A stretch of DNA of 64,000 bases from Candidatus Nomurabacteria bacterium (GTDB taxonomy: Bacteria > Patescibacteriota > Minisyncoccia > Phycocordibacterales > UBA9973). The notes under the pieces are model-generated. The model was not told the DNA's origin, made no database searches, and was given only the letters and a program-made list of their open reading frames with translations. Of the stretch, positions 36,865 to 47,472 are shown piece by piece. Location of the stretch: the NCBI GenBank assembly GCA_021413905.1, contig JAIOPO010000004.1, forward strand, positions 1,597 to 65,596, read 5' to 3'. Positions within the stretch are counted from its first letter, which is position 1, and the number at the start of each line of letters is the position of its first letter. Both the position numbers and the translations under genes were made by a program.

Positions 36865-39800
36865 TTATTCTATCACAACCTTAAATACCAATTCGTTGAT
36901 TTTTATTTCATTGCCGTCATTTTTTGTAAAATCAATTTGTTTAACGCCGACAATCTTCAAAAATTCATCTTTGAATTTATTTATTATTTCTTTGCCTTTT
37001 TCATCAGTATCAATTTTCAACACTATCAAATCACTAGGCATCAAACCTTTTGTTTTCCGCATATCTTGCACAGCTCGCACTAGCTCGCGATAATTGCCTT
37101 CTATTTTTAATTCTGGTGTGATTTCTGTATCTAATTTTATAACATCTTCTACATTTTCAGATTTAATAAATTCAACATTTTTTATATTCAATTCTTCTTT
37201 TAGAATCTCTATATAATTTATATTAAATTCATGATAAAAAATTTGAATATTACTCAAAGGCTGTCTTACGGGAATTCCTGATTTTTGTCTTTCTTTTAAA
37301 CCAGATGAAACAATTTCTCTGACTTGTTTCATATTTTCTAAAATTTCATCATTAAAATTTAAAATATTTACTTCCGGCCATTCTGCCAAATGTACAGATT
37401 CTACATCATTTTTATTTTTTAATTTTTGCCAAATATCTTCGGACGCAAAAGGCGCAAATGGGGCCATAATTTTCACTAAATTTTTCAACACAAAATACAG
37501 AGTTTGTTTTGCTTCGATATCTCCATTTTTAATTCTCTCTCTTGAACGACGCAAATACCAAGTAGAAAGATCATCGATAAAATCACGAACAGCACGCACT
37601 GGTTCCAATGTTCTATAATTGTCTAAATTATCTGTTACAGTTTTATTCAATTCATTTAAACGCGCCAAAATCCATTGATCTAAAATATTTTCAGATTTTA
37701 ATTCTGTGAATACTTCTAATTGTGGATCTCTATAGAGTTCATAAAAAGCGACGACGTTATAAAGCAAACCAAAAAATTGACGATGAATTTCCATGACAGT
37801 TCTCTCATCAAAATTCTTTGATTCACCCGGTTGATTTACGGAATACATCCAAAGACGAATAGTGTCCGCGCCATATTTTTCAAACATAAGCCAAGGGTCC
37901 ACGACATTTCCTTTTGACTTTGACATTTTTTGTCCATTTGCGTCTAAGATATGCCCCAAACAAACGACATTTTTATAAGCATTACCAGGTTCATCAGAAA
38001 GTAAATTTATAACTGCATGCAAAGTATAAAACCATCCGCGAGTCTGATCTATCGCTTCAGAAATATAATCCGCTTTTATCGGATTAAAATCAATCTCTTT
38101 ACCCAGAATATGATTTTGAGCATAAGGCATAGCCCCAGAATCAAACCACACATCCATCACTTCTCCCGTGCGAATCATTTTTTGACCATTATCTTCCAAA
38201 ACTATCTCATCAATATATGGCTTATGAAAATCCAATTCGTAATTTGCATTATGAGGTAATGGCACAAAATCTAATTCCTTGATTTCAGCATTTTGAAAAA
38301 AATGAAAATCTTTTTTATCTAAAATCATTTTTAATGTTTCTTTTACATTTTTTCCTTCAATACCTGCACACAACAACCAAGCAGGACCACCATGAGTCAC
38401 AAATAAAATATTTTTGTCTTTGTATTTTTCTTCAACATCATACAAAAATGCTGTCATACGATTTTTCACATCTTGATATGATTCATCATCCTCTACATGC
38501 AAATTAAAATTTGCTTCCGTTTTTATGTGATATTTATGATATTCTTCCCAATTCTTTCCATCAAAAGAATACGCTCCTATTTCTCGCAGTCTTTCATCTT
38601 TGATAATATTTTCTTTATTCAATCCCAATTTTTGAGCGACGATTTCCGCAGTTTCAATAGTACGAGTAAAATCAGAAGTAAATATCAAATCAATTTTTTT
38701 ATCTTTCAGAAATTCTGCGGAAATTTCCACTTGCTCTTTACCGTCTTTATCTAAATGCCATTTACCTGAAGGTTGTGTGCAAATTATATTTTTTTTATTT
38801 GCTTCTGTTTCTCCATGTCTCATTACAAAATATTTATTGCCTGATTTTTTAGTATATTTTTTCAAATCAGCCAAAGAACCGACAACTTTATAAGAGCCAT
38901 CTTCTTTTTGCCAAACAGGTATCGGTGTACCCCAATATCTATCTCTGGATATAGCCCAATCTTTTATACCATCAAGCCATTCACCAAAACGTCCTTTTTT
39001 AATATATTCCGGCTCCCAATTTATTTTTTCATTTCCTGCGAGCAATTGTTCGCGAAGCGCACTCATGCGGAAATACCAAGAAGAACGTGCGTAATAAATG
39101 AGCGGTGTATCACAACGCCAACAATGCGGATAGCTATGCATATAATTTTCTTTTTTAAACAAAAGACTTCGTTCTGTTAAATGATTTATTATATCCACAG
39201 CCAAAGTAGGTTTACCGTTCTCATCTGTTTCTTTTACATATCTACCTGCTAAGAAATCCGTACCGATGACGAATTTTCCTTCTTCATTTACTGTATGATA
39301 TTTAGGCAAACCGACTTTTGTACCAAGCTCAAAATCATCTGCTCCATACATAACAGCGGTATGCACTATACCCGTACCGTCAGTAGTCGTAACAAAATCC
39401 GCTCCGTAAATTTTAAAAGCATTTTTTATTTTTTCATCATCTTTAGCCAAATCTTTTAAATATGGGAACAATGGTTCGTATTCCATACCAATCATTTCAC
39501 TGCCTTTATGTTCAGCAATAATTTCATACGGCTGATTTAATATTTCCAATCTTTCTTTTGCCAACACTAAAATCTCATCACCGACTTTTGCCTCAACGTA
39601 AATAAAATCATTACCAACTGCAAGTCCGACATTTCCCGGTAAAGTCCAAGGCGTTGTCGTCCATGCCAAAAAATATGCGTGATCGAAATTTTTAATTTTA
39701 AATTTTATATATACGGACAAATCTTTCACATCCTTATATGCTCCCGGTTGTGAGAGTTCATGACTTGAGAGGGCCGTACCACAACGTGTACACCAAGGCA

Positions 39801-40344
39801 AAACCTTAAAATCTTTATATAAAAATCCTCTATCATTTATTTTCTTTACAACACCCCACAATGCTTCTATATAACTGTTTTCATATGTCACATATGGATT
39901 TTCTTGGTCAATCCAATAACCCATTCTTTCTGTAAATTTATTCCAAAATTCCAAATATTCCCAAACATTCTCTTTACACTTTTGATTAAAAAGTTTTACA
40001 CCATAATTTTCTATTTCTTTTTTTGATTTTAAACCAAGAGCTTTTTCCACAGCCAATTCAACAGGCAAACCATGTGTATCCCAACCCCCTTTTCTACCAA
40101 CATGAAAACCTTGCATTGTTTTGTAACGAGGAACAACATCTTTGAAAGAACGAGCTTCTAAATGATGAATACCTGGTTTACCATTTGCTGTCGGTGGTCC
40201 TTCATAAAAAATATAATCTCCTTTTGGATTATCTTTTCGATTTATCGTCTTTTCAAAAATTTTATTTTCTTTCCAGAATTCTAAAACTTTTTCCTCACGC
40301 AAAGCTGTCTCACTTTTTGTAATATTTTCTTTATTTTCAGACAT
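36865..40344 (-). CDS. ileS: Isoleucyl-tRNA synthetase (type 2) carrying an inserted histidine-phosphatase (PGAM-like) domain
   Basis: IleRS features are the HIGH region (PPTANGKPGIHHLEA), the editing-domain motif WTTTPWTLP, DVWFDSG and KMSKS. Between PIPVW and DFHKPYID there is a segment of about 190 aa with RHGETEAN, FTSDFTRTIETA, REIGAYSFDG and VTHGG. Confidence 0.95.
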   Translation of the reverse strand: MSENKENITKSETALREEKVLEFWKENKIFEKTINRKDNPKGDYIFYEGPPTANGKPGIHHLEARSFKDVVPRYKTMQGFHVGRKGGWDTHGLPVELAVEKALGLKSKKEIENYGVKLFNQKCKENVWEYLEFWNKFTERMGYWIDQENPYVTYENSYIEALWGVVKKINDRGFLYKDFKVLPWCTRCGTALSSHELSQPGAYKDVKDLSVYIKFKIKNFDHAYFLAWTTTPWTLPGNVGLAVGNDFIYVEAKVGDEILVLAKERLEILNQPYEIIAEHKGSEMIGMEYEPLFPYLKDLAKDDEKIKNAFKIYGADFVTTTDGTGIVHTAVMYGADDFELGTKVGLPKYHTVNEEGKFVIGTDFLAGRYVKETDENGKPTLAVDIINHLTERSLLFKKENYMHSYPHCWRCDTPLIYYARSSWYFRMSALREQLLAGNEKINWEPEYIKKGRFGEWLDGIKDWAISRDRYWGTPIPVWQKEDGSYKVVGSLADLKKYTKKSGNKYFVMRHGETEANKKNIICTQPSGKWHLDKDGKEQVEISAEFLKDKKIDLIFTSDFTRTIETAEIVAQKLGLNKENIIKDERLREIGAYSFDGKNWEEYHKYHIKTEANFNLHVEDDESYQDVKNRMTAFLYDVEEKYKDKNILFVTHGGPAWLLCAGIEGKNVKETLKMILDKKDFHFFQNAEIKELDFVPLPHNANYELDFHKPYIDEIVLEDNGQKMIRTGEVMDVWFDSGAMPYAQNHILGKEIDFNPIKADYISEAIDQTRGWFYTLHAVINLLSDEPGNAYKNVVCLGHILDANGQKMSKSKGNVVDPWLMFEKYGADTIRLWMYSVNQPGESKNFDERTVMEIHRQFFGLLYNVVAFYELYRDPQLEVFTELKSENILDQWILARLNELNKTVTDNLDNYRTLEPVRAVRDFIDDLSTWYLRRSRERIKNGDIEAKQTLYFVLKNLVKIMAPFAPFASEDIWQKLKNKNDVESVHLAEWPEVNILNFNDEILENMKQVREIVSSGLKERQKSGIPVRQPLSNIQIFYHEFNINYIEILKEELNIKNVEFIKSENVEDVIKLDTEITPELKIEGNYRELVRAVQDMRKTKGLMPSDLIVLKIDTDEKGKEIINKFKDEFLKIVGVKQIDFTKNDGNEIKINELVFKVVIE
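38266..38835 (-). other. Histidine phosphatase superfamily (branch 1) domain embedded in ileS
   Basis: My hand mapping places the RHG codons at 38820-38812. The domain ends at ...KELDF (38266). Confidence 0.75.
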
Positions 40345-40388
40345 AATAGGATTTTAGCATAAATTGAACTTTTTTCCAGCCCAAAAAA

Positions 40389-41738
40389 TTAAAAAGAATT
40401 CAAATAATTTTTGTGCATCTTTTGAGTTTCTTCTTTTGAGAGTTTACCGAAAACTTTCACCGCTTCGGAAGATTGATCTTTGAAAAAAATATCTTTTTCT
40501 AAAATATCTGGATGCACTTTAAAAGCTCTATCATTTATGCCGAGCAAATACAAACCCGACAATCTACGCACACGAGAAAGCGCCACATATCCTTGCCCGT
40601 ATTCAAAAACTTGTGACAAATCCATAATAGCCGAATCGAGCGACATTCCCTGGCTTTTATGCACTGTCATCGCCCATGCCAAACGCAAAGGCACTTGCGA
40701 AATCATCGCGCGCACTTTGCCATTTTCTTCGACAACCCAATCCAATGGTGAAACTGTAAAACTTTTTCCGTTTTTCTTTTTAATTATCGGGTAACCGGTA
40801 AACTCTTCAAAATCCTCCACTACACCGAGTGTGCCATTCACATAACCTTCTTTCGGATTGTTTTTCGTGCACATTACCACTGCACCGATTTTAAGCGTCA
40901 AAATTTCCGGTGACAAGCATCCTTTCTTGAGTGACATTACCAAAGGTTCACGCCCTTCGGAAACCATTTCAAAAATTCTTTTCTCTTCACTTATTTTTTC
41001 AAGCTCAATATTATTTATCTGATCCACATTATAATTGTGCGAAAAAAGTTTCGTGACATCGTCTGGCACATCGTCTAAAATGGTTTGCCTAGCTGTGACG
41101 TATTCCATATGCTCGTCATTTATTTTATCTGCGCGTATTGCCGAAAGTAAATTTAAAAAATCCGGATCATCCTGACGATGTTGTTCTGTCAGATAGCAAA
41201 TGACCAAGCCCGCCCTACCCCAAGACACTGCGTCATATGCAAAAATACTTTTCTTTTTTTCTATCAAAAGACTATTTTGTTTTTCTTCTGTATTGCTACG
41301 CACTATCGGTGGCAATTGAAAAAAATCTCCAACTAAAATTATTTGTATTCCGCCAAAAGCTTCACTGTTTTGTTTTACTTCTCTGCACACTGCGTCTATC
41401 ATATCGAGCATATTTGCCGTTAGCATTGATATCTCATCAATTATCAAAACACGCGTTTTCCTAATGCGTCTTGAAATATATTCAGTGCTCGCTATTTTGT
41501 CCAATTCGTATTTATCAAGTTTCGTGCGTATACCTATGCCACTCCAAGAGTGTATCGTCATCCCGCCTATATGCGTCGCGGCTATACCTGTTGATGCGGT
41601 TATCGCGGGCTCCACGCCATTGTTACGCAAATAATTCACAAAAGAATTGATAGTATAACTTTTACCTGCCCCCGGCTCGCCAGTCAAAAAAACATTCGCT
41701 CCCGTTTTTAAAATATTTAGCGCTTGCTCTTGGGTCAT
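40389..41738 (-). CDS. PIF1/RecD-family 5'-3' DNA helicase
   Basis: It has Walker A (GEPGAGKSYT), DEISML, the QLPPI motif, and a C-terminal TVHKSQG ... ALSRV. Confidence 0.85.
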   Translation of the reverse strand: MTQEQALNILKTGANVFLTGEPGAGKSYTINSFVNYLRNNGVEPAITASTGIAATHIGGMTIHSWSGIGIRTKLDKYELDKIASTEYISRRIRKTRVLIIDEISMLTANMLDMIDAVCREVKQNSEAFGGIQIILVGDFFQLPPIVRSNTEEKQNSLLIEKKKSIFAYDAVSWGRAGLVICYLTEQHRQDDPDFLNLLSAIRADKINDEHMEYVTARQTILDDVPDDVTKLFSHNYNVDQINNIELEKISEEKRIFEMVSEGREPLVMSLKKGCLSPEILTLKIGAVVMCTKNNPKEGYVNGTLGVVEDFEEFTGYPIIKKKNGKSFTVSPLDWVVEENGKVRAMISQVPLRLAWAMTVHKSQGMSLDSAIMDLSQVFEYGQGYVALSRVRRLSGLYLLGINDRAFKVHPDILEKDIFFKDQSSEAVKVFGKLSKEETQKMHKNYLNSF

Positions 41739-41779
41739 TAAACTATTCTACTACATACGCACGAGTAAAGAAACGAAAA

Positions 41780-42409
41780 TTATTCTACTTTCCAAGAATT
41801 CTCATCAAAATATAACTTTGATGCATCCATATCCTTCTTATAAAAGAGAACACTGTAACTTTTTCCATTATAATCGTAAAAAACAAACTTAATCTCTTCA
41901 AAATTAAGAACTAATTTAAAATCTGTTGATTTTTCTTTTTCAACAACAAAACTAACATAATAAGAATTAGCTTTATCTTGTTTTAAATAAGTTATAAACA
42001 AAAGATCTTTATCTGATGGAATTCTCAAGATATTTTTTTTACCATTGTTAAATTTATATTCAACATCGTCAGATTTATAAGCTTTAGCAGAATAATACTT
42101 TTCATCTCCTGGGTATTTTACAAATACATCAAAATCTTTTATATTTATTGCTTTCTTTAGAACTGTTAAAGAAACCTGTAAAGTATACCCAAAACCATTT
42201 ATAGTTTTATTTTCTAAGTTAATATCTGTATGTGTATAAGAGATACTTGGACTCCCAGTAAGACTTATAATTCTACCATTAATTTCTGGCTTAATTGGCC
42301 AATAAGGCCTACTAGCAATGATTAAAGCTAAAATAGAAATTACTATAGTTGCCCAATCTTTAAAAGAAAAAGATTCACAATTATTTACCATAAAATTTAT
42401 TATACACAT
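41780..42409 (-). CDS. Hypothetical membrane-anchored protein
   Basis: 209 aa with one N-terminal TM helix (WATIVISILALIIA). I recognise no motif. Confidence 0.4.
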   Translation of the reverse strand: MCIINFMVNNCESFSFKDWATIVISILALIIASRPYWPIKPEINGRIISLTGSPSISYTHTDINLENKTINGFGYTLQVSLTVLKKAINIKDFDVFVKYPGDEKYYSAKAYKSDDVEYKFNNGKKNILRIPSDKDLLFITYLKQDKANSYYVSFVVEKEKSTDFKLVLNFEEIKFVFYDYNGKSYSVLFYKKDMDASKLYFDENSWKVE

Positions 42410-42420
42410 AATATTAATTA

Positions 42421-44136
42421 CTACATTCTCTCCGGCAATTTAATGCCCAAAAGCCAAAGACCATTTTGCATTGTGGTTAGGAATGATTTTGTGAGAGAAA
42501 TATAATACGGAGAATATTTGTCTTCCGAATTTAAGATTTGTGTTTGTGCGTAAAAAGAATTGAAGCTGGAAGCCAAAGCTGTCAGATATGTGGCAATGTG
42601 ATGCGGTTCTAGTTCTTCATATGAGTGAACGACGACTTCCGGGAAACGATAAATTATTTTTTCTAATTCAGAAATTTGTTCAGGAATTTCTGAAGCTTTT
42701 TTTATTTCACCAGCTTTCACGAGGATTGATTTCGCGCGCATTGCGGAATATTGTAAATATGGACCGGAATCCCCTTCAAAAGAAATTGATTTTTCAAAAT
42801 CATAAATAATATCAGAACCCAAAGATGAGCGAAGAATAGAATATTTCAAAGCAGACACGCCAACAATTTCTGAAACTTTCTTTTTTTCTTCTTCGGTGAA
42901 ATCTCTGTCTTGGATTTTCTCCAATACTACATCCATAGAATCCCGCAACAAAGATTCCCCTGTTATGACATTGCCTTTTCGTGAAGACATCTTGCCGGAA
43001 GCAAGGCGCATCATACCGTGCGTGATATGTTTCATTCTTTTTTCAAGTTCCGGATGCATCAATGCAATCGCTTGCTGGACGACTTTCATATATTCTCCTT
43101 GCTCGATGGCTGTATCAACTATAGAAATATCCGGATTTTCTTTTTCAAACTTTATCATTGTCAGTCCTATTTCTTTCGTCTCATAAAGCGGTATGCCTTG
43201 AGAAGTCAAAAATACTCGCGTATGAAGTTTCGGATTATATTTTTCTGCGTGAAAAACTATAGCGCCTTCTGATTCTTCAAAGACATTTGGCACATTTGCG
43301 CGGACAATTTTCTCACCTATAGGCGCCATCTCACTTTCAAAAAAATAATAATCAAATTTTGTGCCAAGAATTTTATAAATTTCTTCAAATGCTTCAAGAG
43401 TAACTTTCCTACCCCAATCATAAATTTTATTTATTTCCGCATCGCTCCTGTCGTAAACTTTTTTATTTATTATGTCGATTTCTTTTTTCGCTTCTTGGTC
43501 ATTGTCATACAAATCACTGCCTTTTGAATAGCACTCACCAATATATTGAGCAAGAACAGAAGCAGGCGCAGATTCATCTGCCGGAGCACCTGCTTTATAC
43601 ATCCCATAAATCGCTTTCGCAATATGCGGACCGACGTCGCCTTGATAATTTGCACGGATAGTTTTCGCTCCGGAGAATTCCACAATTCTCGAAACTGATT
43701 CCCCAATAGCATTACTCATCAAATGCCCAATATGAAAAGGCTTGAAAGGATTTGGCTGAGTGTATTCCACCATTACTTTTTTGCCAGACAATACTTCATT
43801 TTTCCCCCAATCTTCTCCTTTATGTAAAATATCTTTTACATAATCACTGAAAAATTCTCTTGTTAAATAAAAATTAATAAACCCTGCGCCGGCTATTTGA
43901 ATAGTGTCTACTCCTACTATTCCTTTTTCATTTGTATCTTCATAAAGTTCAGCAATTAGTTTCTCTGCTAAATCTATTGGTTTCATTTTTAATTTTTTCG
44001 CGCAAACCATAGCGACATTTGTAGAATAATCCCCATTCTTTAAATCTTCCGGATGCTCCACGACAAAATTCATCTCTTCGTTTATATCAAGTTTTTTTAA
44101 CGCCTCTTTTATTAAATTTTCTATTTGTTGTTTCAT
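42421..44136 (-). CDS. argS: Arginyl-tRNA synthetase
   Basis: It has a HIGH-type motif (PNPFKPFHIGHLMS), the MSSRKG (KMSKS-like) motif and the C-terminal DALR anticodon-binding domain. I prefer the start at MKQQIENL (44136), directly after the dut stop. Confidence 0.94.
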   Translation of the reverse strand: MKQQIENLIKEALKKLDINEEMNFVVEHPEDLKNGDYSTNVAMVCAKKLKMKPIDLAEKLIAELYEDTNEKGIVGVDTIQIAGAGFINFYLTREFFSDYVKDILHKGEDWGKNEVLSGKKVMVEYTQPNPFKPFHIGHLMSNAIGESVSRIVEFSGAKTIRANYQGDVGPHIAKAIYGMYKAGAPADESAPASVLAQYIGECYSKGSDLYDNDQEAKKEIDIINKKVYDRSDAEINKIYDWGRKVTLEAFEEIYKILGTKFDYYFFESEMAPIGEKIVRANVPNVFEESEGAIVFHAEKYNPKLHTRVFLTSQGIPLYETKEIGLTMIKFEKENPDISIVDTAIEQGEYMKVVQQAIALMHPELEKRMKHITHGMMRLASGKMSSRKGNVITGESLLRDSMDVVLEKIQDRDFTEEEKKKVSEIVGVSALKYSILRSSLGSDIIYDFEKSISFEGDSGPYLQYSAMRAKSILVKAGEIKKASEIPEQISELEKIIYRFPEVVVHSYEELEPHHIATYLTALASSFNSFYAQTQILNSEDKYSPYYISLTKSFLTTMQNGLWLLGIKLPERM

Positions 44137-44137
44137 T

Positions 44138-44566
44138 TTATTTATGTCCTGTGCTACCTTCCCTGCTATCACCACGCACCGTATCAGTCAAATCTTCCAC
44201 TTCTTCTACAATATCACAATGTTCGAATTTTTGTATCAACATCTGAGCAATTTTATTTCCTTTTTCCAAAGTCACTTCCTTATCAGAAGTATTTAGCATA
44301 CACATAATTATTTCTCCGCGATAACCAGCATCAATGACTCCACCCATAACTTTTAAACCCATATTAAAAGAAATACTGGATTTATCCCAAATCAAACCCA
44401 CATATCCTTCGGGTATTTCCACAGCCACACCAGTATGTATTTTCATTTGTTTTCCGGCAGGAATCGTAACATCATTCACAGTATAAAAATCCATACCCGC
44501 ATCCCCCGGATGTCCGTGTGTCAGCAATTTTGCATCATTATTTAATTTTTTTACTTTTAGTTGCAT
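44138..44566 (-). CDS. dut: dUTP diphosphatase
   Basis: Motifs GDAGMDF, GVIDAGYRGEI and RGDSREGSTG. Confidence 0.93.
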   Translation of the reverse strand: MQLKVKKLNNDAKLLTHGHPGDAGMDFYTVNDVTIPAGKQMKIHTGVAVEIPEGYVGLIWDKSSISFNMGLKVMGGVIDAGYRGEIIMCMLNTSDKEVTLEKGNKIAQMLIQKFEHCDIVEEVEDLTDTVRGDSREGSTGHK

Positions 44567-44582
44567 GAATTTTACTTAATTT

Positions 44583-45272
44583 TTATTTTACTACTTTTTT
44601 AACTATCTCATAAACCTCCTCGTGTATATCTTCTCGAGTGCAAATTTGATTTTTATTTGCGCAATTTATTTTTACAAAGTTTTTTAAATAAGAAGAAAGC
44701 CACAATGCACTTTTACGAGAATTTTCTAAAAAATCAACATCGCTCTCATGCACATCTTTTTTCTTTTTCAAATATTCTCTTTTCATTTTAGATTGACGTT
44801 CTTTCATTAAATCCAAACTAATACTAACAGGCAAAGATAAATACAATGTCATATCTGGACGAGGAATCTTAAAAACTTCGTATTCCATTTCATCTAACCA
44901 TTTTATAAATTCTGATCTTTTTTTAGCGTTTTTTATTTTACCCCCCTGGTGAATCTGATTCGCGGAAACGTATCTATTAGCTATGATTATTTTTCCTTGT
45001 TTTAACCATTTTACAATATTTTCTTTTGTCTCCCATCTATCAGCGGCATACAAAACAGAAGCTATCTTTGGATGCACATTTAAAAAATTATAATATTGTT
45101 CAGAAAGACAGTGTCCGATAAATTTACCAAAAAAATTATTATAGTATTCTGGAAAATCCAACATCTCTACTTTGTGTCCTTCTTTTTTCAAACGTTTGAT
45201 CAGTAAATCCACCTGTGTCGCTTTCCCCGACCCATCAGTGCCATCTATTACTATGAGTTTTCCTTTTTTCAT
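44583..45272 (-). CDS. tmk: Thymidylate kinase
   Basis: It has the P-loop (IVIDGTDGSGKATQ) and DRY-like (ANRYVSAN) motifs. I prefer MKKGKLIV as the start. Confidence 0.88.
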   Translation of the reverse strand: MKKGKLIVIDGTDGSGKATQVDLLIKRLKKEGHKVEMLDFPEYYNNFFGKFIGHCLSEQYYNFLNVHPKIASVLYAADRWETKENIVKWLKQGKIIIANRYVSANQIHQGGKIKNAKKRSEFIKWLDEMEYEVFKIPRPDMTLYLSLPVSISLDLMKERQSKMKREYLKKKKDVHESDVDFLENSRKSALWLSSYLKNFVKINCANKNQICTREDIHEEVYEIVKKVVK

Positions 45273-45279
45273 ATTATTT

Positions 45280-46524
45280 TTACACAAACTTTTTAGGTAT
45301 TGGGAATTTTTTGGCGAGTTGTTTTATCTTCTTTGCAATTTCTTCTTTTTTCTTTTTATTGTCTTTATTGCGTAATGTTTCAAGCAAAAGCTCTGCTACG
45401 AGTGCGCATTCTTTTTCTTTAAATCCGCGTGTTGTGATAGCTGGAGTGCCGAAACGAATTCCAGATGGATCAAGCGGTTTACGAGTATCCCCTGCAATAG
45501 AATTCATATTTAAAGTCATACCCACTTCATCCAAAACAGTCTGCGCTTCTTTACCAGTAACACCGAGAGAGCCGAAAACATCTGCAAGTATCAAATGATT
45601 ATCTGTGCCTCCGCCGATCATTCGCACTTTGTTTTTCTTCATAACCTTTTCCATCGCTTTCGCATTTTTCAAAACTTGTTTTGCGTATTTTTTAAATGCC
45701 GGAGTTAATGCTTCTCCGAAAGCCACAGCTTTAGCAGCGATAGTATGCATATGTGGACCACCTTGAATGCCAGGGAAAATAGCTTTATCTATTTTTTTCG
45801 CAATTTCTTCACTCTCGCGTGTCAAAATAATTCCTCCACGTGGTCCGCGCAAAGTCTTGTGTGTAGTGGAAGTAATAATATCAAAACCATCATCAAAAGG
45901 ATTTCGCAATACTCCGGCTGCGATGAGCCCTGCAATATGCGCCATATCCGCCATCGTGATAGCACCAACTTCTTTTGCAATACTGACAAACTTTTTATAA
46001 TCAAGAGTTCTGGAGTATGCAGAAAATCCGGCAATGATTAATTTTGGTTTAGTTTCTTTTGCAACTCGGAGCATGTCCTCATAATCAATTTCACCTGTCT
46101 CCGGATTTTTCATTTTGTAAGTGACAAATTTATAAATCTTTGCCGGCAATGTCATTGGATGTCCGTGTGTCAAATGCCCTCCATGAGAGAGATCCATACC
46201 GAGCACTGTGTCTCCTGGCTCAAGGAGCGCTGAATAAACAGCCAAGTTTGCCGGAGCGCCAGAATGTGGCTGAACATTTGCAAATTTACATTTGAAAAGT
46301 TTACATACACGTTCTATTGCAAGGCGTTCCACTGCGTCAGTCCAATCTTGCCCTCCATAGTACCGCCTACCCGGATAACCTTCAGAATATTTATTAGTAA
46401 AAATCGAGCCATTTGCAGTCAGCACATCAGCGGATACATAATTTTCAGATGGTATAAGTTCCAATCCTTCGGATTGTCTTTTAGCTTCGTTTTTAATAAA
46501 CTGCTCGATTTTTTTGTCTTTCAT
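45280..46524 (-). CDS. glyA: Serine hydroxymethyltransferase
   Basis: Supporting segments are LELIPSENYVS, the PLP-lysine motif TSTTHKTLRGPRGG, and others. Confidence 0.97.
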   Translation of the reverse strand: MKDKKIEQFIKNEAKRQSEGLELIPSENYVSADVLTANGSIFTNKYSEGYPGRRYYGGQDWTDAVERLAIERVCKLFKCKFANVQPHSGAPANLAVYSALLEPGDTVLGMDLSHGGHLTHGHPMTLPAKIYKFVTYKMKNPETGEIDYEDMLRVAKETKPKLIIAGFSAYSRTLDYKKFVSIAKEVGAITMADMAHIAGLIAAGVLRNPFDDGFDIITSTTHKTLRGPRGGIILTRESEEIAKKIDKAIFPGIQGGPHMHTIAAKAVAFGEALTPAFKKYAKQVLKNAKAMEKVMKKNKVRMIGGGTDNHLILADVFGSLGVTGKEAQTVLDEVGMTLNMNSIAGDTRKPLDPSGIRFGTPAITTRGFKEKECALVAELLLETLRNKDNKKKKEEIAKKIKQLAKKFPIPKKFV

Positions 46525-46588
46525 CAGTATTTAATATAATTAATTTTAATATACTCATTCTATCATATTATTAACACAACAAGGAAAG

Positions 46589-47458
46589 TTATTTTAAAAA
46601 AGAAAAATTAAAAGTTTTTCCGTTTGATTTCATCACTATTGTGCCTAATAAATCAGTACGAAAAACCTTTGCTTTAAACTGATTTAGAATATCCAGAGTT
46701 TCCTTGTGCGGATGTCCGTATTTATTATTTTTACCATCTGAAATCATCGCATATATAGGAGAAACAGCCTGCATAAATTCAGGTGAAGTGGAGGTATGCG
46801 AACCGTGATGCCCGACTTTTAAAATCGTCGATTTTAAAAGTCGGGCATCATTTTCCTTTAACACTATCCTCTCCGTCAATTTTGTCGCATCCCCCGTCAA
46901 CATCACCGAAGTTTCTCCGTACGACAAACGCGCAATCACCGATCCATCATTCGTCTCCCAGTTCGCAACATCTCTATCCGGAAATAAAATATCAATTACT
47001 GCTCCGCCACCAAGATTCAACCTCATTCCCTTTTTTACTAAAATGTCCGGAATATTTTGCCTTTTTATTTCTGCTTCTAAATTCTTATAAGTTTTCGAAT
47101 TATTAAATGTTCCCGGCTCAAAAACTTTTCCTACTTTATAATTTTTCAAAATATCTAAAAATCCTGCAATGTGATCTGCATCCGGATTAGTGATAACAAT
47201 AGCATCTATTTTTTTATCATATATCGGCATCACTTGAGAAAGCGGACTTAAAACTTTATGTGCTAGACCTGCATCAAACATCACCTGCACCCCAGCCGGC
47301 GATTCTATAAAAAGCCCGTCCCCTTGCCCGATATCAAGCATAGCAAAAGTCAGACCACGATGAACATTTTGTCTGTCTAAAGAAAAAATATAAATATTTA
47401 CACCTAAAAGCATCACTGCAAGAATCAACAAATAGTATTTTTTGCAATTTTCAAACAT
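46589..47458 (-). CDS. Membrane-anchored MBL-fold hydrolase (ComEC C-terminal beta-lactamase-like domain encoded as a separate gene)
   Basis: An N-terminal TM helix is followed by FAMLDIGQGDGLFIESPAG...VITNPDADHIAG...KVGHHGS. Confidence 0.8.
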   Translation of the reverse strand: MFENCKKYYLLILAVMLLGVNIYIFSLDRQNVHRGLTFAMLDIGQGDGLFIESPAGVQVMFDAGLAHKVLSPLSQVMPIYDKKIDAIVITNPDADHIAGFLDILKNYKVGKVFEPGTFNNSKTYKNLEAEIKRQNIPDILVKKGMRLNLGGGAVIDILFPDRDVANWETNDGSVIARLSYGETSVMLTGDATKLTERIVLKENDARLLKSTILKVGHHGSHTSTSPEFMQAVSPIYAMISDGKNNKYGHPHKETLDILNQFKAKVFRTDLLGTIVMKSNGKTFNFSFLK

Positions 47459-47472
47459 GCTATAATATTACC

